A stretch of 64,000 bases of DNA from Planctomycetota bacterium (lineage in GTDB: Bacteria; Planctomycetota; UBA11346), in assembly GCA_038203025.1 (NCBI GenBank), contig JBBREK010000002.1, forward strand, positions 172-64,171, written 5' to 3'. A model generated the notes under the pieces. The model ran no database searches, was not told the origin of the DNA, and saw only the letters and a program-made list of their open reading frames with translations. Made by a program: the position numbers and the translations under genes. The stretch's first letter is position 1; each line of letters starts with the position of its first letter. Positions 35,472 through 42,604 of the stretch are shown one piece after another.

Positions 35472-35876
35472 CTAGCGCGCGGCCAGCGCCGGCACGTAGG
35501 CCAGATCGCTGCCGGCGATGTGCTCGCGGATCCAGCCGCCCATCAGCGCCAGGACATCCTGCGCGGTGTCGAAATCGTCGCCGTGCTGGGCGGTGAGTTC
35601 TGCGAGGCGGGCGGCAAGAGCGGCGTGCACGGCGCGGTGCGCTTCCAGGTCGGCGTAACCGGCCTGCCGCATCGCCTGCTCCTCATCGTGGAAGTGCCGC
35701 TGGGTGTAGCTGACCGCAAAGGCGAGGGCCTGGGCGACGGTGCGTTCGCCGCGGCCCGCCGCCACCGCCTTGCGCAGCGTCTCCAGAGCTTGGAACCATT
35801 CGACGTGCTGCCGGTCGATTGCCTGGATGCCAGTCCTGAGGTCGCTGGTGAAGCGGAATTCCTGCTGCGCCTGCAT
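35472..35876 (-). CDS. bacteriohemerythrin
   Basis: MQAQQEFRFTSDLRTGIQAIDRQHVEWF...YTQRHFHDEEQAM...LEAHRAVHAAL...WIREHIAGSDLAY carries the H/HxxxE/HxxxH/HxxxxD iron ligand pattern. Internal ATG used. Confidence 0.85.
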   Translation of the reverse strand: MQAQQEFRFTSDLRTGIQAIDRQHVEWFQALETLRKAVAAGRGERTVAQALAFAVSYTQRHFHDEEQAMRQAGYADLEAHRAVHAALAARLAELTAQHGDDFDTAQDVLALMGGWIREHIAGSDLAYVPALAAR

Positions 35877-35905
35877 AGTGCCTCCGAAGCCGCAGCATCG
35901 CGATT

Positions 35906-35934
35906 CCCCAGGCGTGGCAATGAGGCGCCTGGGG
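35906..35934. promoter_or_regulatory. hairpin/inverted repeat CCCCAGGCG-N11-CGCCTGGGG in the divergent hemerythrin / nucleoside hydrolase intergenic region
   Basis: Read directly, with 9-bp perfect arms. A second small inverted repeat, GAATCC-GGATAT-GGATTC, lies at 36024-36041. Confidence 0.35.
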
Positions 35935-36086
35935 CCGCGCACCGCTGGCATGTCCGGGGCAATGATCCGACGCGCGCTGAATCCCGCGGTCCTGTCGATC
36001 GTCGTTTTGTGCTATTCACAGTCGAATCCGGATATGGATTCCCTGCCTATTCCGCCTACCGTCCTGGCGAAACCTGCGAGGACCTC

Positions 36087-37013
36087 ATGATCGACCGCAT
36101 CCCCGTCCTGCTCGACACCGATCCCGGTTCGGACATCGACGACGCCATCTGCCTGGCCTACCTCCTGGCCCAGCCGCGCTGCGAGCTGCTTGGCGTGACC
36201 ACGGTCAGCGGTCGCGATCCGCGCCAGCGCGCCAGCATCGTCGACGCCATCTGTCGCGTCGCCGGGCGGACCGAGGTTCCGATCCACGCCGGCGTCTCGC
36301 TGCGCTATGACGAAGGCACGGTGGTGCAGCCGGAGGTGCCGCACTACGCCGCCCTGAACCGCTACCCGCATCGCCCGGCCGAGGAGTTCCCCTCCGCCAC
36401 CGCAGTCGAGTTCCTGCGCCAAACCATCAACCAGCGACCCGGCGAGATCACCCTGCTGGCGATCGGCCCGATGGGCAACCTCGGCGCCCTGCTGGCGATC
36501 GATCCCGAAGTGCCGCGCAAGCTCAAGGCCCTGGTGCTGATGTGCGGCGTGTTCACCAACCAACGGCCGGGGGTCGGGCCGCGCGAGTGGAACGCCTTCC
36601 AGGACTCCTGCGCCTGCCGCGCCGTCTACCGGGCGCCGGTGGCGGTGCACCGCTCGGTCGGCCTGGATGTCACCACCCAGGTGCAGCTGGAGTCGGGTGA
36701 CGCCATCCGGCGCTTCCGCGCCGCCGGCGGTCCGCTCGACGTGGTCGCCGATTGCTGCGAGGTGTGGCGCCAGCACGCCAGCCATGTCACCTTCCACGAT
36801 CCGCTGGCGGCGGTGTCGATCTTCCAGCCAGACGTCTGCGGCTGGCAGCGCGGCCGGGTGACGGTCGAACCCGGTCAGGGCCGGGCCGGTGGTACGACCT
36901 GGTGGGACCGCGATGAGGCGGGACCGCACGAGGTGGCGATGACGGTTGATGCCGCACGGTTCTATGCGGAGTACTTCGGGATGGTGACGCGGGGCAAGCC
37001 CACCGCGGGCTGA
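36087..37013 (+). CDS. inosine/uridine-preferring nucleoside hydrolase family protein
   Basis: MIDRIPVLLDTDPGSDIDDAICLAYLL (DxDxxxDD motif). Internal ATG of the track ORF. The stop TGA lies in the loop of the hairpin repeat. Confidence 0.88.
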   Translation: MIDRIPVLLDTDPGSDIDDAICLAYLLAQPRCELLGVTTVSGRDPRQRASIVDAICRVAGRTEVPIHAGVSLRYDEGTVVQPEVPHYAALNRYPHRPAEEFPSATAVEFLRQTINQRPGEITLLAIGPMGNLGALLAIDPEVPRKLKALVLMCGVFTNQRPGVGPREWNAFQDSCACRAVYRAPVAVHRSVGLDVTTQVQLESGDAIRRFRAAGGPLDVVADCCEVWRQHASHVTFHDPLAAVSIFQPDVCGWQRGRVTVEPGQGRAGGTTWWDRDEAGPHEVAMTVDAARFYAEYFGMVTRGKPTAG

Positions 37014-37050
37014 AGCCCGCGGTCCGTGGACAAGCCCGCGGTCCGTGGAC
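37003..37050 (+). repeat. GC hairpin repeat copy followed by a perfect 19-bp tandem duplication (AAGCCCGCGGTCCGTGGAC, 2 copies)
   Basis: ccgcgggctgaagcccgcggtccgtggac aagcccgcggtccgtggac read directly. Confidence 0.85.
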
Positions 37051-37127
37051 AGGCAGACCAAAATAGCCAAATCCGACCGGGCCGGCCATTGCGGCCTGGG
37101 TGGGGTCGAGTCTATCATCGCGCGCAT

Positions 37128-38966
37128 ATGCCCGTGAATTCGGCCGGCGTGGACGGGAACGTCCCCGACGCCATGCGCGAGACCCATCACTATGGCCTGG
37201 GTGAGATCGGCCGGCGGCTGTGGCCGCTGCTGCGGCCGCACCGCTGGCGACTGCTGACCGCCGCCGCCCTGGTGGCCTGCGTCGGCTTGGCGGTGGCGCT
37301 GCAGCCGCTGCTGGGCAAGTACATCATCGATGTCGCCATCCCGGCGCGCAGCGTCCACCTCGCGCTGGTGGCAGCCGGCGTGTTCCTGGCCGTGATGTTC
37401 ACCCGCATGGCCCTGTGGTTCGCCGCCATGCTGCTGGTCTATCGCGCCCAGCAGGCGATCGTTTTCGCGCTGCGCGCCGCCGGCTTCATGCATCTGCAGC
37501 GCCTGTGCCTGAGCTTCCACGGCCGCTACCCCTCGGGCTTCCTCTACGAGCGCGTCTTCGGCAATTCGATCAACACCCTGGGCACCTGCATGCAGGCGGT
37601 GTTCGCCAACCTGGTGACCAGCGCTGTCGGCTTGCTCTTCAGCCTCGGCTTCTGCCTGTGGCTGAGCCCGGCCCTGACCGTGGTGATCCTGCTCGGCGGC
37701 ATCGGCTTCGTCGTCGCGGCCAAGACCCTGTCGGGGCGCATCTATGCCAAGACCCGGGCCGCCAACGAGGCGGCGATGGACATCGTCAGCGCCATCATGG
37801 ACAAGCTGCGCGGCCACAAGACGGTGCAGTGCTTCGCGCTGGAGGATCGCGTCGAGGCGCAGTTCGCGCAGCAGCTGCAGCCGGCCATGCGCACCTGGCT
37901 GGCGAGCGTGCTGGAGAACATGAAGCTCAGCTTCATCACCGAGGCCCTTGGCTACATCATCACCGCCGCCGTACTGGTGATCGGTGCCACGCTGGTGATG
38001 CGCGACGCCGCCGCCCTGCCTCTCGGCACCCTGGTCGCCTTCCTTGGCTACCAGGCGACGCTCATCGGCATGCTCTCGGCGATCACCAACATGTACGGCC
38101 AGCTGATGGGCGCGCGCAGTGCCTTCGACCAGCTCTACACCGTGCTCGACACGCACAGCACGCTGATCGAGCAGCCGGACGCGGTAATGCCCGAACTGCC
38201 GGCCCCGCGGCTCAGTCTGCGCGGAGTCGGCTTCGCCTACGACCGCACGCCGGTGCTGCAGGGCCTCGACCTGGAGATCGCTCCGGGCCGCACCACCGCC
38301 CTGGTCGGGCGCAGCGGTAGCGGCAAGTCGACCATCGCCAACCTGCTGCTGCGGCTGTACGATCCCACCGCTGGCGCGATCGAGCTGGACGGCCACGACC
38401 TCCGCGAGCTGCCGCTGCGCGCCTACCGCTCGTTGTTCGGCGTCGTGCTGCAGGATCCCTACTTCTTCGACACCACCATCGAGGCCAACCTGCGCCTGGT
38501 CCGTCCGGACATCAGCGAGGCCGAACTGGTCGCGGTGCTGCGCAGCGCCGGGGCGTGGGAGTTCATCAAACGCCTGTCTGACGGCTTGCAGCACCGGGTC
38601 GGCGAGGGCGGCGGCCAGCTCTCGGGCGGCCAGCGCCAACGCCTGGCGCTGGCGCGCTGCCTGCTGACGCGCAGCCGCATCGTCATCCTCGACGAGGCGA
38701 CCTCGGCTCTCGATCCCGAGAGCGAACGCACCGTCCAGCAGGGCGTCGAGGCGCTGTGCCGCGAGCGCACCGTCGTGGTCATCGCCCATCGCCTATCGAC
38801 CATCCGCAACGCCGACTGCATCGCCGTGCTCGACCAGGGTCGGGTCGCCGAGCAGGGCAGCTTCGACGAACTGCTTGCGCGCGGCGGCCTGTTCGCCCAG
38901 CTGCACGCCATCGCCACCTCGACCGGCGAGCACGACCGCAAGCTCGCCGACGCCGGTTTCGCCTGA
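37128..38966 (+). CDS. ABC transporter, fused permease/ATPase (MsbA-like exporter)
   Basis: Six-TM ABC_membrane region, then GRSGSGKST (Walker A), LSGGQRQRLALARCLL (signature) and IVILDEATSALD (Walker B). Start at an internal ATG (or 37173). Confidence 0.9.
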   Translation: MPVNSAGVDGNVPDAMRETHHYGLGEIGRRLWPLLRPHRWRLLTAAALVACVGLAVALQPLLGKYIIDVAIPARSVHLALVAAGVFLAVMFTRMALWFAAMLLVYRAQQAIVFALRAAGFMHLQRLCLSFHGRYPSGFLYERVFGNSINTLGTCMQAVFANLVTSAVGLLFSLGFCLWLSPALTVVILLGGIGFVVAAKTLSGRIYAKTRAANEAAMDIVSAIMDKLRGHKTVQCFALEDRVEAQFAQQLQPAMRTWLASVLENMKLSFITEALGYIITAAVLVIGATLVMRDAAALPLGTLVAFLGYQATLIGMLSAITNMYGQLMGARSAFDQLYTVLDTHSTLIEQPDAVMPELPAPRLSLRGVGFAYDRTPVLQGLDLEIAPGRTTALVGRSGSGKSTIANLLLRLYDPTAGAIELDGHDLRELPLRAYRSLFGVVLQDPYFFDTTIEANLRLVRPDISEAELVAVLRSAGAWEFIKRLSDGLQHRVGEGGGQLSGGQRQRLALARCLLTRSRIVILDEATSALDPESERTVQQGVEALCRERTVVVIAHRLSTIRNADCIAVLDQGRVAEQGSFDELLARGGLFAQLHAIATSTGEHDRKLADAGFA

Positions 38967-38982
38967 CCTTCCGGAGCCATCC

Positions 38983-41900
38983 ATGCCCAAGTCCATCCGC
39001 CTCCACGTCTCCGCTGCCGCCACGGGAAAGGCCGACGGCAGCGCCGCCAAGCCTTTCGCCACGCTGGAGGCCGCACGCGATGCGCTGCGCAAACTGCGCC
39101 GCCGCGGTCCGGCGACGACGGCCGAGGTGCTGGTAGCGCCTGGCGTCTATCGCCTCGCCGCACCGCTCGCCTTCACCCCCGAGGACGGCGGCACGGCCAA
39201 GCATCCGGTGACCTGGCGCGGCGACGGCGGCCGCCCGCTGCTGAGCGGCGCGCGCGCCATCAGCGGCTGGAGCGACGGCACGATCAACGGCCGGCCGTGC
39301 TGGCAGGCCGTGCTGCCCGAGGTCGCGACCGGCAGCTGGTGGTTCACCCAGTTGTTCGTCAATGGCCGGCGCCGCCTGCGCGCCCGCCTGCCCAAGCGCG
39401 GCTTCCACCACTTCGCCGGCGTGCCCGCCGAGGAGGCCAAGGGCGATTCCGGCAAGATGTTCCACGGCGCCATGAGCGCCCTGTTCAATCCCGGCGAGGT
39501 GCGCCAATTCCGCAATCTCGCCGACATCGACGTGGTCGTACCCGACCACTGGTACGAGAACCACCTGCGCATCGCCTCGGTCGACGAGGAGGCCGGCGTC
39601 ATCCACTTCGCCACCAAGGGCTACAGCCGCTTCTCGCGCGACGAGACCGGCCGCCACACCCGCTTCCGCCTCGACCACGTCGCCGAGGGCTGCACCGATC
39701 CGGGCGACTGGTACCTCGACCGCCCGACCGGCACGCTGTCCTACCTTCCCATGCCTGGCGAGGCCAGGACCGCCACCTTGGTCGAGGCGCCGGTCCTGCA
39801 GCGCCTGCTCGACGTACAGGGCGATGCCCTCGATCCGCAGCGCCGGGTCTGCCATCTGCGCTTCGAATTCCTCGACCTGCGCCACGCCGACTGGGAACTG
39901 CCACGCAACAATCCGGGGTCGATCCAGTCCGCCTTCCAGGTGCCGGCGGCGGTGCGCCTGGTCGGCGCCGAGGATTGTGCCCTGTACGGCTGCCGGGTTA
40001 GCCAGGTGTCGGGCTGGGGCATCGAGGTGCTGCGCGGCTGCCGACGCAACCGCGTCGTTGCCTGCGCCGTGCACGACCTCGGCGGCGGTGGCGTCAAGGT
40101 CGGCCACGAGGGCGGCCTCACCCGCCGCTGGGCCGACGGCAATCACGGCGCCTTCGCCGGTCTCGATCCCGTCTCGCTTGGCTGGGGTCCGTGTCGCGAG
40201 GACGCGGGCGGTCAGGTCGCCGGTCGCGACCGCGCCGAGTCGTCCGAGACCACGATCAGCGACTGCAGCATCCACGACGGCGGTCTGATCTTCCACAGCG
40301 CCATCGGCGTGTGGGTCGGCGACGCCAGCCGCAATCACATCCTGCACAACCACATCTGGAATTTCAGCTACAGCGGCATCTCGGTCGGCTGGACCTGGGG
40401 CTTCGCCCCGGCCTACACCTACGGCAACCGCATCGAGGGCAACCGCATCCACAGCATCGGTCACGGCGTGCTCTCGGATATGGGCGCGATCTACACCCTC
40501 GGTCGACAGGCCGGCGGTACGATCAGCCGCAACTACATCAGCGACGTGCACAGCTACGGCTACGGCGGCTGGGGCATCTACCCCGACGAGGGCACCAGCT
40601 GGATGACGATCGAGGACAACGTCGTCTGCGGCACCAAGTGCGGCGGCTTCCATCAGCACTACGGCCGCGACAATCTGGTGCGCCACAACCTCTTCCTCGA
40701 CGCGATCGAGAACCAGGTGCAGGTCTCGCGCCGCGAAGTGGTGCGTTCGGTGGTGTTCATCGGCAACGTCGTGCAGGGCGCCGGCAGCGGCAGCCTGTGG
40801 CAGGGCGAGGGCTGGCGCAGCGCGCGCATCGATGGCAACGTCTACGCCGGCGACCCCGACCGACCGATGCTGTTCGGCGGCAAGTCCTGGCAGGCCTGGC
40901 GCACCAACGGACGCGACAGCAGTGGACAGCTGGCCGACGCCATGCCGCTCGACGCGGCCGGCGCCAGCCCGGCGGTGGCCAACCCTGCCGCGCTGGTGGC
41001 TGCCGGTATCAAGCCGAAGCAGGTCGCCGCGGTGGTCGCCGCCGCCGGCCCGCGCCTGCGTGACGTGCTGCCGGCCGGCATCGATGCCATCCCGACGGAC
41101 GCCGAGGCCCCACGCCCGATCGTCGAACCCTGCCTGTGGCCGTGGGCGGCCGAATGGCCGACCGCCACCGGCGGCGAGCACCCGTGGTCGAAGCTGCCCA
41201 GCACGGCGCCAGTGCAGGCCGGGGTGGCCCAGCCGGTGTCGCTGACGGTCGAGAACCGCGGCGATGCCCCGGCCCGCGGGCGCTACAGCCTGCGCGTCGT
41301 CCCGTCTGGGGCGGCCCGCCTGAGTGGCCTGACGACGCTGGTCGTGACGTTGAAGGCCGGCGGCCGGACCCAGCTCGACACCACCGTGACGGCGACGGGC
41401 AAGGCTCGGGCGTTCAGCCTCGAGGCGGTGGCGAGCGGCCCCGGCCTGGTCGACACCTGCCTGCACTTCAGCGTGCCGGTGCCGGCCGGTCCGCCGCTGG
41501 TCCTGCCGCGCCTGCCCAGCGTGCCGGCGACCAGCCAGTTGCTTGAGACGCTGCAGGCGCTTCCCGCCCGGCCGGTGATCGGCAACGGCGGGCCGATCAA
41601 GGCCAGCCTGCGCCTGGCGGTCGCTGACCGGCAGCTGCTGCTGCTCGTCGATGCCGTGGACGCGGCCCCATCGCGCAGCGGCAACCTGTGGGACGGGTCC
41701 AGCGTCGAGCTGTTCATCGTCGCCGCACCCAAGTCCCCGCACCGGCAGGTGGCACTGGCGCCGGCAGTGGGCGGCGAGCCGGCCGTCGCCCAGATGGTCG
41801 GCGGCAACGGACTGGATCCCGCTGCGATCACGATCGCCAGCGCGCGGACCGCGACTGGCTGGATCCTTGCCGCGGCCCTGCCGCTGGAGCTGCTTGGTGT

Positions 41901-42051
41901 AGGCGAGACGTTCGCCATCAATCTCGTGGTCACCGGCATCCCCGCCGAAGGCCAGGGCCTGGGCAAGTCCTTCCTGGTCGGCGAACTGCCGCCGCATCTC
42001 GACAGCAGCGGTTATCAGGGTGTGGTGCTGGCCGGGACCGACGCGGGCTGA
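38983..42051 (+). CDS. right-handed parallel beta-helix repeat protein with C-terminal CBM9/DOMON-like domain
   Basis: MPKSIRLHVSAAATGKADGSAAKPFATLEAARDAL, NHIWNFSYSGISVGWTWG and SDVHSYGYGGWGIYPDEGTSWMTIEDNVV are beta-helix signatures. The C-terminal part has NLWDGSSVELFIVAAP. The stop TGA lies in the loop of the hairpin repeat. Confidence 0.75.
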   Translation: MPKSIRLHVSAAATGKADGSAAKPFATLEAARDALRKLRRRGPATTAEVLVAPGVYRLAAPLAFTPEDGGTAKHPVTWRGDGGRPLLSGARAISGWSDGTINGRPCWQAVLPEVATGSWWFTQLFVNGRRRLRARLPKRGFHHFAGVPAEEAKGDSGKMFHGAMSALFNPGEVRQFRNLADIDVVVPDHWYENHLRIASVDEEAGVIHFATKGYSRFSRDETGRHTRFRLDHVAEGCTDPGDWYLDRPTGTLSYLPMPGEARTATLVEAPVLQRLLDVQGDALDPQRRVCHLRFEFLDLRHADWELPRNNPGSIQSAFQVPAAVRLVGAEDCALYGCRVSQVSGWGIEVLRGCRRNRVVACAVHDLGGGGVKVGHEGGLTRRWADGNHGAFAGLDPVSLGWGPCREDAGGQVAGRDRAESSETTISDCSIHDGGLIFHSAIGVWVGDASRNHILHNHIWNFSYSGISVGWTWGFAPAYTYGNRIEGNRIHSIGHGVLSDMGAIYTLGRQAGGTISRNYISDVHSYGYGGWGIYPDEGTSWMTIEDNVVCGTKCGGFHQHYGRDNLVRHNLFLDAIENQVQVSRREVVRSVVFIGNVVQGAGSGSLWQGEGWRSARIDGNVYAGDPDRPMLFGGKSWQAWRTNGRDSSGQLADAMPLDAAGASPAVANPAALVAAGIKPKQVAAVVAAAGPRLRDVLPAGIDAIPTDAEAPRPIVEPCLWPWAAEWPTATGGEHPWSKLPSTAPVQAGVAQPVSLTVENRGDAPARGRYSLRVVPSGAARLSGLTTLVVTLKAGGRTQLDTTVTATGKARAFSLEAVASGPGLVDTCLHFSVPVPAGPPLVLPRLPSVPATSQLLETLQALPARPVIGNGGPIKASLRLAVADRQLLLLVDAVDAAPSRSGNLWDGSSVELFIVAAPKSPHRQVALAPAVGGEPAVAQMVGGNGLDPAAITIASARTATGWILAAALPLELLGVGETFAINLVVTGIPAEGQGLGKSFLVGELPPHLDSSGYQGVVLAGTDAG

Positions 42052-42067
42052 AGCCCGCGGTCCTGGG
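42041..42067 (+). repeat. GC hairpin repeat copy (ACGCGGGC-TGAA-GCCCGCGGTCCTGGG)
   Basis: Read directly. It lies between two convergent genes and is a possible bidirectional terminator. Confidence 0.8.
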
Positions 42068-42069
42068 CG

Positions 42070-42405
42070 TCAGACCAGGCGGGCAACCGCGGCCTTCAGC
42101 GCCTCGCTGCCCTTGGCTTGGATGAAGCCGACGACCAGGCGGGCGATCGGCCCGCCCTGGCCGAGATCGATGCCCAGCTGCGACAGTACCGAGGCGATGG
42201 CGCCCTTGTCACCGAGCATCGCCGCCAGGCCCGACGGCTTTGGTGCGCCAGCGATCATCGCCGGCAGACCAGGGACGAGTGCACCGAGTTCGGCGAAAAT
42301 CTCGGGCGAGAGGCGGCCCTGGGCGATCCGGCCGATGGCGCCGAGGGCACCCTGGGCCTGTTGCGGGGTGAGACCGATGGTCGAGGTGAGCTGGTCGATG
42401 AGCAT
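42070..42405 (-). CDS. DUF2780-family protein
   Basis: MLIDQLTSTIGLTPQQAQGALGAIGRIAQGRLSPEIFAELGALVPGLPAMIAGAP...LGIDLGQGGPIARLVVGFIQAKGSEALKAAVARLV matches the remembered DUF2780 pattern. Confidence 0.7.
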   Translation of the reverse strand: MLIDQLTSTIGLTPQQAQGALGAIGRIAQGRLSPEIFAELGALVPGLPAMIAGAPKPSGLAAMLGDKGAIASVLSQLGIDLGQGGPIARLVVGFIQAKGSEALKAAVARLV

Positions 42406-42420
42406 GGATTGATCCTAAAC

Positions 42421-42580
42421 TCGGCGATGGGATTCCCACGGAGCACCAGAGTGACCAGAGTGGGAGCGTGTAGAAGCAACGACGACAGTCTCACCCTGTG
42501 GAGAATCTAACCGCGAGCCATACCTCCCTGCCTCTACCTCTGGTCCCTCTGGTCCTCCTGTTCCTCTGCGTTTTCTAGGT
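42421..42580 (-). ncRNA. conserved structured intergenic element, copy 2 (sense-upstream of the DUF2780 gene)
   Basis: The reverse complement aligns block by block with 27183-27446. Arms 42538-42558 and 42440-42460 pair 19/21. The element ends 15 nt before the DUF2780 ATG. Confidence 0.5.
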
Positions 42581-42604
42581 TGATCGCGGTGCGCTGGTGC
42601 CCGC

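Noticed and set aside
36012-38789. Very long ORFs antisense to recognised genes. Examples are 36012-38789 (925 aa), 38779-41997 (1072 aa), 31138-34674 (1178 aa), 23634-25859 (741 aa), 45185-47482 (765 aa), 5937-8651 (904 aa), 42659-43546 and 57172-58245.
   Set aside because: Their translations are low-complexity Arg/Ala/Gly/Pro/Asp-rich strings with no family signatures. The opposite strand encodes clear ABC transporter, beta-helix, GH13-GDE, PA14, GlgB, FAD oxidoreductase, TPR and FGGY proteins. This is the classic stop-poor shadow-ORF effect in high-GC DNA.
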